Positions 36,054-43,138 of a stretch of 64,000 nt of DNA are shown here, one piece after another. Position 1 is the stretch's first letter. The number at the start of each line of letters is the position of its first letter. The position numbers and the translations under genes are program-made. Origin of the DNA: Gemmatimonadales bacterium (GTDB lineage: Bacteria; Gemmatimonadota; Gemmatimonadetes; Gemmatimonadales; GWC2-71-9); contig DATJKA010000047.1 of NCBI GenBank assembly GCA_035491815.1, positions 12,496-76,495 of the forward strand, given 5' to 3'. The notes under the pieces were generated by a model, which ran no database searches, had not been told where the DNA came from, and saw nothing but the letters and a program-made list of their open reading frames with translations.

Positions 36054-36751
36054 TTGGTGGTCCGGCTCCCGGCGCGCGGCTCCCGGCCCCCGCGGAACCG
36101 GTACATGATGCCGGTCCGGAGACTTGCGGTCTTCAAACCGCTCGACAGCATGCCCCGCCCGTCCACGGTGAACCGCCAGGCCGGCGACAGATTGAACTCG
36201 AAGCCGAGGGTGCCGTTGAGTCCGGCGGTGATGACGTCGAGCGCGTCGTCCACGAACGTTCCATTGATCGCCGGCCCGCTGCCGTTGCGCGCGTGTACGC
36301 TGATCCCCGTGCCGATGTAGGCGTTGATGCCGTGGCCTTGTGGAAACACGAGCTGGAAGTCGATGTCGCCGATCAGGTCACTCAGCTGAATGCGCCCCAC
36401 GCGCACCGTGTCGTCGCCCGAGGGATCGATGATGATGCTGTCGAGCCGTTGCTCGAACCGCGTGCGCGACTTTTGGTCGAACTGCGACTTGAAGTAAGAG
36501 AGTCCGAGCAGCAATCGTACGCGCGGAGCGATGCGCCCATAATCGACCCGCACGCCCCCGACGGTGGTCCCGGTCAATTCGGACGCGCCCAGGATCCCCG
36601 CATCGACCTGGAGGCCGGACAGGCGGAGATTGTCGTAGGAGAATTGATTGAGGACGCCCTGGGCGCTCAGACGGGCAGACGGGCAGACGGGCAGTGATAA
36701 AGCGACAATGAGCGCAACACGGCCCGTCCGCCCGTCCGCCCGTCCGCCCAT
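36050..36751 (-). CDS. outer-membrane beta-barrel protein (OmpW/porin-like), uncharacterised
   Basis: Signal peptide MGGRADGRTGRVALIVALSLPVCPSARLSAQ. Alternating beta-strand pattern with the aromatic beta-signal-like TGIMYRF near the C-terminus. ATG 36751 lies 1 nt after the spoIID-like TAG; the alternative ATG 36769 would overlap it. Confidence 0.65.
   Translation of the reverse strand: MGGRADGRTGRVALIVALSLPVCPSARLSAQGVLNQFSYDNLRLSGLQVDAGILGASELTGTTVGGVRVDYGRIAPRVRLLLGLSYFKSQFDQKSRTRFEQRLDSIIIDPSGDDTVRVGRIQLSDLIGDIDFQLVFPQGHGINAYIGTGISVHARNGSGPAINGTFVDDALDVITAGLNGTLGFEFNLSPAWRFTVDGRGMLSSGLKTASLRTGIMYRFRGGREPRAGSRTTK
36668..36746 (-). repeat. inverted pair of perfect octamer x3 arrays forming a 24-bp hairpin around the signal-peptide core
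   Basis: (CAGACGGG)x3 at 36668-36691 faces (CCCGTCCG)x3 at 36723-36746, separated by 31 nt. On the minus (mRNA) strand all 24 positions pair (21 Watson-Crick plus 3 G-U). On the plus strand the same 3 positions are A-C mismatches. Confidence 0.85.
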
Positions 36752-36752
36752 C

Positions 36753-38042
36753 CTAGTAGATCTTTTCAATCTTCGTTCCCGGAAAGTACGTACTCAGTAT
36801 CCTGCGGTAGTCCTGCCCGGCACGCGCCCGTCCGATCGCGCCCCACTGACACATGCCCACGCCGTGCCCCGATCCCGCGCCGGCGGCCACGAGGCGCGAT
36901 ACTTCACCGTTGGTCTTCGTGACGGTCAGCTGAACCGCAGCGCTCGCCAACATCCGGTCCGCCTCCGGCCGCAGCACCGACCGCACGTCGGGCCCCGGGA
37001 TGCGGACGTCGCCGCGCTCGAACACGATGTGGAGCTCACCGACTCTTCCCGACCGCGTCGTGCGGCTCACCGTCACGTCGGTGATCCGTTGCAGACCGTC
37101 GCCGGACATCGGCACCGTCCCGGCGAGTGTCCGCGACAATATACTGCGCAGCTTGGGACCGTCCCATTCTTCGCGCCAGCGAAATCGTGGAGAGATGTCG
37201 CAGTAATAATGACCGCCGCCCCGGTCGTCGGAAACGGGTCGCAGATAGGGACGCGTCTGCGCCGTCGCAAACGCCTCCTCGACGCCGGCGGTACTGAAGC
37301 CGCACGTCGAGTGGAAATACGCGTCGATGATCTGGCCGTCGTATTCCACCACCTCCCCGGCCGTCCGGCGCACGGCGTCCCACGCCTGCGGCGTCTCCGC
37401 CGCGACGCCGAGGTAGACCTGATCCCTGGTGTCGGCGTAGGCGTCGAACCCGAAGGCCTCCCAGCGACCGCGGTTCTTGAGTGCGAAACTCCGTGACACG
37501 ACTGCCTGAGCGAGCACCGCCGCGAGCTCGTCCGCCCGGCGTGCGCCGATCTCGGGTCCGACCACGCCGGCGACGTAGCTCTCCACGCCCACGCGATTGA
37601 CCACCGAGACGCCGCGCGCCGTTCCGGGTGAAGCCGTGACGGTGACGCGGCCGCGGTACTGACGGCCGTTGGCCACCACGAACCGGTTCTCGGTGACGTT
37701 GATGGCGGAGACGCCACGGAGCGCTTCGGTGCGGGTGCTGTCGGGCTTCACGAGCCGCAGGCGCGACGGGTCGACCGAGTCGGGCACCACGATCCAGCGC
37801 GCGCCGGCCGGAATCGCTCCCACCGCCACGCCGGTCGCGAGCTCACTGATGAACAGCTCGCCGCTCTCCGGGCCGCCGAGCGAGGCATAGGGCGCCCCGA
37901 GCGAGAGCCCGATGCGCAGCTCCGGCTCGGCGTTCGGCGCCGGCGCGCCTCCCCCGGGGGGCGGGGCGGCCGGACGCTTGCCGCAGTCGGCCGCGAGCAG
38001 GACGAGGGCGCTAGTGAGCGCGCGCTTCGCCGAGCGCCGCAT
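36753..38042 (-). CDS. SpoIID/LytB-domain protein (peptidoglycan remodelling)
   Basis: N-terminus MRRSAKRALTSALVLLAADCG. SpoIID motifs are AYFHSTCGFSTAGVEEAF and GHGVGMCQWGAIGRARAGQDYRRILSTYFPGT. The start overlaps the hemL 3' end by 32 nt. Confidence 0.82.
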   Translation of the reverse strand: MRRSAKRALTSALVLLAADCGKRPAAPPPGGGAPAPNAEPELRIGLSLGAPYASLGGPESGELFISELATGVAVGAIPAGARWIVVPDSVDPSRLRLVKPDSTRTEALRGVSAINVTENRFVVANGRQYRGRVTVTASPGTARGVSVVNRVGVESYVAGVVGPEIGARRADELAAVLAQAVVSRSFALKNRGRWEAFGFDAYADTRDQVYLGVAAETPQAWDAVRRTAGEVVEYDGQIIDAYFHSTCGFSTAGVEEAFATAQTRPYLRPVSDDRGGGHYYCDISPRFRWREEWDGPKLRSILSRTLAGTVPMSGDGLQRITDVTVSRTTRSGRVGELHIVFERGDVRIPGPDVRSVLRPEADRMLASAAVQLTVTKTNGEVSRLVAAGAGSGHGVGMCQWGAIGRARAGQDYRRILSTYFPGTKIEKIY

Positions 38043-39297
38043 CGAGCTGTGCGATCGTGAAATCGATATCGGAGTCCGAATGGGCGGCCGAGACGAACCC
38101 GGCTTCGAACGCCGACGGGGCGAGAAACACGCCGCGCGACAGCGCCGCCTTGTGCCAGCGGGCGAACAGCTTGGTATCGACCGACCGTGCTTCCGCGAAA
38201 CTGCGAACGGGACCGCCCGTGAAATACATGCCCCACATCGATCCGGCGTGTCCGACCGTGACCGGCACGCCATGCCGCACCGCCGCCGCCGACAAGCCGC
38301 CGACCAGCCGCGCCGTCTTTCGCTCGAGGTGATCGTAGAACCCGGGGCGACTCGTTTCGCGGAGCGTCGCTAACCCGGCGGCCATGGCAACGGGATTGCC
38401 GGACAATGTGCCGGCTTGGTACACCGGTCCCTCCGGCGCAATGCGCCGCATCAGGTCGGCGCGGCCGCCGTAGACGCCGACCGGGAAGCCTCCGCCGACG
38501 ATCTTGCCCAGTGTCGTGAGGTCGGGCTTCACGCCGAGGCGTTCCTGCGCGCCGCCCGGGGCGACGCGGAAGCCGGTCATCACCTCGTCGAAGATCAATA
38601 ACGCACCGTATTGGTCACAGATGTCGCGCAGCGCCGGATGAAAATCCGAATCCGGGGCAATGAAGCCCGCATTGCCGACGTACGGCTCGACGATGATCGC
38701 GGCGATCCGACCATGGTGCTCACGCAGCAGATCTGCTACGGCGCGCGCATCGTTGAATGGCGCGGTCAAGGTCAGCTTCGCGAGCTCGGCCGGCACGCCG
38801 GGACTGTCGGGCAATCCGAGCGTCGCGACGCCGGAGCCGGCTTTGACGAGAAAACTGTCTGCATGGCCGTGGTAGCAGCCTTCGAACTTCACGATCAGCT
38901 CTCGACCCGTCGCCGCGCGCGCGAGCCGCACCGCCGCCATCGTCGCCTCGGTGCCGCTGTTCACAAACCGCATCATCTCGAGATTCGGCATCCGCCGCTG
39001 AATCTCTTCGGCCAGGTCCACCTCGGCTTCGCAGGGTGCGCCATAGGTCCAGCCGCGCTCGACGGCCTGCCGCACCGCCTCGAGCACGGCCGGATGCGCG
39101 TGCCCCAGAATCAGGGGGCCCCACGAGCAGACGTAGTCGATGTAGGTGCGGCCGTCCGCGTCGGTGATGCGCGAGCCTTCGGCGTGGGCGACAAAAAAGG
39201 GCGTCCCGCCAACTGCCCGGAACGCCCGCACAGGTGAATTCACGCCGCCGGGCAACACCCGTTTCGCCCGGTCGAACAGCTCGCTCGATCCCGTCAC
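38011..39297 (-). CDS. hemL: glutamate-1-semialdehyde 2,1-aminomutase
   Basis: SSELFDRAKRVLPGGVNSPVRAFRAVGG, YIDYVCSWGPLILGHAHP, IFDEVMTGFRV and LGKIVGGGFPVG. GTG 39297 overlaps the rimO TGA. Confidence 0.93.
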   Translation of the reverse strand: MTGSSELFDRAKRVLPGGVNSPVRAFRAVGGTPFFVAHAEGSRITDADGRTYIDYVCSWGPLILGHAHPAVLEAVRQAVERGWTYGAPCEAEVDLAEEIQRRMPNLEMMRFVNSGTEATMAAVRLARAATGRELIVKFEGCYHGHADSFLVKAGSGVATLGLPDSPGVPAELAKLTLTAPFNDARAVADLLREHHGRIAAIIVEPYVGNAGFIAPDSDFHPALRDICDQYGALLIFDEVMTGFRVAPGGAQERLGVKPDLTTLGKIVGGGFPVGVYGGRADLMRRIAPEGPVYQAGTLSGNPVAMAAGLATLRETSRPGFYDHLERKTARLVGGLSAAAVRHGVPVTVGHAGSMWGMYFTGGPVRSFAEARSVDTKLFARWHKAALSRGVFLAPSAFEAGFVSAAHSDSDIDFTIAQLDAALGEARAH

Positions 39298-40574
39298 GTC
39301 AGCGCGGCCGCCTGGAAGTCGTAGTCCTCGCTCGCGGTGATGCGCGCACGCACAAAGTCTCTCGGTGCGGCCGCACCGTCGACGTATGTCACACCGTCCA
39401 CGTCGTCCGCTTGCCACTTCACGCGTCCAACGTGGCGGTCCTCCATGAGCACGTCCACCTCTCGCCCCACGAACCGCTCCAGGCGCTCGGCCGAGATCGC
39501 GCGCTGGAGCTCCATGATTTCCGCCAGACGATCCTGCTTGAGACCGTCCTCGACGTCGTCCGGATACTGCATCGCGCGCGTCCCTTCCTGCGGCGAGTAC
39601 GCGAATGCGCCCATCCGGTCGAATTGTGCCTCTTCGAGAAAGCCGACGAGCGTCCGGAAGTCTTCTTCGGTTTCGCCGGGAAATCCCACCAGGCAGGTCG
39701 TCCGGATCGCGAGGTCGGGAATCACGCCGCGCAGCCAGGCGAGCTTGTCGCGCAAGCTGCGTTGGCGCTCGGGACGGCGCATGCGCTCCAGCATGCGGTC
39801 GCTCGCGTGCTGGATCGGCATGTCGATGTAGGGCACGATCCTGGGGCTCCGGGCCATCAGCTCGACCAGGCGCTCGCTGATGCCCGCGGAATACACATAC
39901 AGCAGGCGGAACCAGGGGACGCTGGTCTCGCGCAGCAGCGCCTCGAGGAGCTCCGGCAGTTTCGGGCTCCCGAGCCCGAGATCCCGACCCCAATGGCCGA
40001 GGTCTTGGGCCACCAGGTTGATTTCTTTCGCACCTTGAGCCTCGAGCTGCTGCGCTTCCTGAATCAGCCGCGTGAGCGGCTCAGAGCGATGCTTGCCGCG
40101 CATCAACGGGATTGCGCAAAATGCGCAGGTGTGATCGCAGCCTTCGGAGATTTTGAGGTAGCGGACGTGTGACTGCTCTCCCAGGAATTGCCGCACGCCG
40201 GGATGGGAGGCGACTGGATCGTCGATCAACCCGCGCTGTGCCAGCTCCGGCACGAGGTGATGCAGCTCGGAGAAGCCGAGCATCAGGTCGACTTCAGGAA
40301 TCTCTTTCGTGAGCTCCTGTTTGTAGCGCTGGATCAAGCATCCCACCGCGACGACGGCTTTGACGCCCTGCTCCTTCAGCTTCGCCGCCTCGAGCATCGC
40401 ATCGATCGATTCCTGCTTCGCGGCGTCGATGAAGCCGCACGTGTTGACGAGGATGACGTCGGCGCTGGCCAGCTCGGGCGTGATGACGGCGCCGTGACCG
40501 ACGAGCTCGCCCACGAGCCGCTCGGAATCGACCGTCGCTTTGTCGCAGCCGAGGGAGATGACGCCCAGCTTCAT
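39294..40574 (-). CDS. rimO: ribosomal protein S12 methylthiotransferase RimO (radical SAM, MiaB family)
   Basis: MKLGVISLGCDKATVDSE, the radical-SAM cluster SEGCDHTCAFCAIP and a C-terminal TRAM-like segment. ATG 40574 overlaps the yajQ TGA. Confidence 0.85.
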   Translation of the reverse strand: MKLGVISLGCDKATVDSERLVGELVGHGAVITPELASADVILVNTCGFIDAAKQESIDAMLEAAKLKEQGVKAVVAVGCLIQRYKQELTKEIPEVDLMLGFSELHHLVPELAQRGLIDDPVASHPGVRQFLGEQSHVRYLKISEGCDHTCAFCAIPLMRGKHRSEPLTRLIQEAQQLEAQGAKEINLVAQDLGHWGRDLGLGSPKLPELLEALLRETSVPWFRLLYVYSAGISERLVELMARSPRIVPYIDMPIQHASDRMLERMRRPERQRSLRDKLAWLRGVIPDLAIRTTCLVGFPGETEEDFRTLVGFLEEAQFDRMGAFAYSPQEGTRAMQYPDDVEDGLKQDRLAEIMELQRAISAERLERFVGREVDVLMEDRHVGRVKWQADDVDGVTYVDGAAAPRDFVRARITASEDYDFQAAALT

Positions 40575-41074
40575 CCGCGGTAGTTCCCGAACCGGAGCTC
40601 CAACCCGAAGTCTTGCGACCGGAGAAACGCGATGACTTCCTGAAGCTCGTCCTTCGACGGCGCCTGCACCCGCACTTCTTCGCCCTGAATGGACGCCTGG
40701 GCCTTCTTGAACTTCTTGTCTTTGATCGCCTTCACGATCGCTTTGGCTTTTTCCTGCGGAATGCCTTGCGTGAGCTTGATCTCGCGCCGTACCGTGTCGT
40801 TCGCGGCCGGCGTGATCGCGCCGAGCTCCATGTTTTTCACCGGGACACCGCGCTTGATCATCTTCGACTGCAGCACGTCGAACAGCGCCTTCATCTTGAA
40901 ATCATCGTCGGCGACAAGCGTGAGTGTCGCCTTGGGGCGATCGAAGGCGATCGACGCCTTCGAGCCCTTAAAGTCGTAGCGTTGCGCGACTTCTTTTTGC
41001 GCTTGATTGACGGCGTTGTCGACCTCCTGGAGGTCGGCGCCGGTTGAAATATCAAACGATGCTTGGGAGGCCAT
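40571..41074 (-). CDS. yajQ: YajQ-family (UPF0234) nucleotide/cyclic-di-GMP-binding protein
   Basis: ASFDISTGADLQEVDNAVNQAQKEVAQRYDFKGS and the 167-aa length are typical of YajQ. Confidence 0.88.
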   Translation of the reverse strand: MASQASFDISTGADLQEVDNAVNQAQKEVAQRYDFKGSKASIAFDRPKATLTLVADDDFKMKALFDVLQSKMIKRGVPVKNMELGAITPAANDTVRREIKLTQGIPQEKAKAIVKAIKDKKFKKAQASIQGEEVRVQAPSKDELQEVIAFLRSQDFGLELRFGNYRG

Positions 41075-41092
41075 GGGGGTGGAAATATAGAA

Positions 41093-41147
41093 GGGAGAAG
41101 GGAGATGGGAGATGTACGGATCGAACCTCTCCCATCTCCCCTCTCCC
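41093..41147 (-). terminator. 20-bp hairpin with (GGGAGAN)x3 arms, followed on the minus strand by UUCUAUAUUU
   Basis: Arms at 41093-41112 and 41128-41147 with a 15-nt loop. The single non-Watson-Crick position is G-U on the minus-strand RNA and A-C on the plus strand. It lies between the rpoD stop (41156) and the yajQ ATG (41074). Confidence 0.55.
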
Positions 41148-41155
41148 GCTGCTGG

Positions 41156-42013
41156 TTACGAGAGGAAGCTTTCCAGCGCCCGGGCTCTTGAGACGTGCCG
41201 GAGCCTCGCCAGCGCTTTTTCCTTGAGCTGGCGGACGCGCTCACGGGTGATGCCGAGCTGCGAGCCGATCTCCTCCAGCGTCATCGGCTCCTGGCCCTCG
41301 AGCCCGAAGTAGAGCCGCAGGATGCGGGCCTCGCGCTCTTTGAGCGTGGCCAGCACCGACTCGATGGACTCGGTCAGCGCATGCTCGAAGATCTCGTCGT
41401 CGGGACCGGGATTGGTCGTATCGGGGAGATAATCCAGCAGCTTGTTGTCTTCGCCCGGGGTGAGCGGCGCGTCGAGCGACAGGTGCGCTTGCGAGATCGA
41501 CAACGTCTTCGCGACCTCCTCCTCGGAGATATCCATCCCCTCCGAGATTTCCTGCACGGTCGGCTCGCGACCGAGCTCCTGCAGCAGCGACGCGGAGCGT
41601 TTCCCGATCCGATGCAGCGTGCCGGCGCGATTCAGCGGCACGCGGACAATGCGCGACTGCTCGGCGAGCGCCTGCAGGATGGCCTGGCGGATCCACCATA
41701 CGGCGTAAGAGATGAACTTGATGCCCTTCGTCTCGTCGAACTTGTGGGCCGCGCGAATCAGGCCGAGGTTGCCCTCGTTGATCAGGTCGGAGAGCGACAC
41801 TCCCTGATTCTGATATTTCTTCGCGACGGACACGACGAACCGCAGGTTCGAGCGCACAAGCTTGTCGAGCGCCTCCGGATCCTGCTGCTTGATCCGCTGC
41901 GCGAGCGTGACTTCTTCCTCGCGGGTGATCAGCGGATATTGACTAATTTCTCGCAGATACTGATCCAGAGATCCCTCGTCAAATGATGCGCGCCTCGCCG
42001 TATTCAGTTGCAT
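41156..42013 (-). CDS. rpoD: RNA polymerase sigma-70 factor, short RpoD type as in the FCB group
   Basis: 285 aa. LDQYLREISQYPLITREEEVTLAQRI, NLRFVVSVAKKYQNQGVSLSDLINEGNLGLIRAAHKFDETKGIKFISYAVWWIRQAI and LTRERVRQLKEKALARLR closely match the approximately 287-aa Bacteroidetes RpoD as I recall it. Confidence 0.88.
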   Translation of the reverse strand: MQLNTARRASFDEGSLDQYLREISQYPLITREEEVTLAQRIKQQDPEALDKLVRSNLRFVVSVAKKYQNQGVSLSDLINEGNLGLIRAAHKFDETKGIKFISYAVWWIRQAILQALAEQSRIVRVPLNRAGTLHRIGKRSASLLQELGREPTVQEISEGMDISEEEVAKTLSISQAHLSLDAPLTPGEDNKLLDYLPDTTNPGPDDEIFEHALTESIESVLATLKEREARILRLYFGLEGQEPMTLEEIGSQLGITRERVRQLKEKALARLRHVSRARALESFLS

Positions 42014-42046
42014 GGAATGGTCACTCCTCGAGGAGGTTGCGCCACT

Positions 42047-42856
42047 CTAGCGAATCAGCGAACCGAGCCGACTCCAGCGAATGTCTTGTAGCCAGGGGAG
42101 CGGATCGCTCGTGCCCCGGTTGTAACTGAAGTACACGACGAGCGGCCGTCCCTTGACGGCAGTCTCGTCGACGAATCCCCAATAGCGCGAATCGGCCGAG
42201 TTGTCCCGATTGTCGCCCAGCACGAAAAACTTGCCGGCCGGCACGCGCAGCGGACCCCACGTATCCCGGGTCGGATGATAGCGTCGCCGCTGGTCCTCGC
42301 TGCGCCCCACGAGATACTCCCGTTGCCAGTTGAAGTCCGGGTCGAACCCGTCGTGCAACGGATCGATGCGCTGCACATACGGCTCTTCCAGCGCGCGGCC
42401 GTTCACGTACACCTGCGCCTCGCGCATCTCGACGACGTCGCCGCCCACGCCGACCACGCGCTTCACGTAGCTCAGCGTCGGATCCTTCGGGTACGCGAAC
42501 ACGATCACGTCACCGCGGCGCGGTGTGTTGAATCCCGGCAAGCGCGCGCTCGTCCCGGGGATTTGCGCGCCATACACCGCTTTATTGACGAACAAGAAAT
42601 CCCCCGCGAGCAGCGTGCGCTCCATGCTGCCCGAGGGTATCTGAAAAGCTTCGAGAAGGAAAGTGCGAATGATGAGGAACAAGACGAGCGCCATGCCCAA
42701 CGACCGCATCCAACTGTCGAACCATCGGCCTAATACTGAGCGCTGATTTGATGGAGGCGACGGGAGCCCTGGCGCGGTGGCGCTGTGGAGGGAGGAGGCG
42801 GGGGCTCCCAAGTCATGCATGTGACTTATCTTAGCAATCCAGCCCGCACGGCGCAA
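42047..42856 (-). CDS. lepB: signal peptidase I
   Basis: IPSGSMERTLLAGDFLFVNK (catalytic Ser box), GDVIVF, VKRVVGVGGD and GDNRDNSADSRYWGFV. The start is ambiguous: TTG 42856, ATG 42820 or later. Confidence 0.88.
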   Translation of the reverse strand: MRRAGWIAKISHMHDLGAPASSLHSATAPGLPSPPSNQRSVLGRWFDSWMRSLGMALVLFLIIRTFLLEAFQIPSGSMERTLLAGDFLFVNKAVYGAQIPGTSARLPGFNTPRRGDVIVFAYPKDPTLSYVKRVVGVGGDVVEMREAQVYVNGRALEEPYVQRIDPLHDGFDPDFNWQREYLVGRSEDQRRRYHPTRDTWGPLRVPAGKFFVLGDNRDNSADSRYWGFVDETAVKGRPLVVYFSYNRGTSDPLPWLQDIRWSRLGSLIR

Positions 42857-43076
42857 CAGTCACACCCCATCCGCGAGCCGCACCCCACTGCCGGACTCTC
42901 ATCCGAAACTCCGGATTGGGGTCGGCATGGCGCACACGGGCGGCGAGACATGCCACCCGCCCTTCCCGCTCGATGCGCTGCCATGTGACGGTCGTCCCCG
43001 GTAAGGCGTCGAGCGCGTCACCTTCCAGCGGCGCGCCCCCGGTGGCGAGGACGACGAGCACCGACTCGTACGGCAT
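42831..43076 (-). CDS. hypothetical small protein (81 aa)
   Basis: It fills the gap between the aldehyde dehydrogenase gene and lepB. About 27 of the first 30 codons end in G/C, which is coding-like. No recognisable motif. Confidence 0.45.
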   Translation of the reverse strand: MPYESVLVVLATGGAPLEGDALDALPGTTVTWQRIEREGRVACLAARVRHADPNPEFRMRVRQWGAARGWGVTVAPCGLDC

Positions 43077-43138
43077 GCCCGGACCATAACGAGTCGCCGC
43101 CGCCCACCATCATCATTTTGTCGCCGCCTGGATTGTTT

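Noticed and set aside
41113-41127. A tRNA T-loop-like GGTTCGATCC on the minus strand, in the hairpin loop between rpoD and yajQ.
   Set aside because: The flanking bases do not form a T-arm. No acceptor, D or anticodon arms can be drawn, and the context is a simple long hairpin.
42762-42809. An 8-bp inverted repeat, GGGAGCCC...GGGCTCCC, with a 32-nt loop in the lepB 5' region.
   Set aside because: The stem is short, the loop is long, and it lies inside a coding or ambiguous-start region. This is within chance expectation for GC-rich DNA.
43077-43138. A direct repeat, GTCGCCGCC x2, in the gap between the aldehyde dehydrogenase gene and the small ORF.
   Set aside because: It is only 9 nt, GC-rich, has no inverted symmetry, and has no terminator-like stem.
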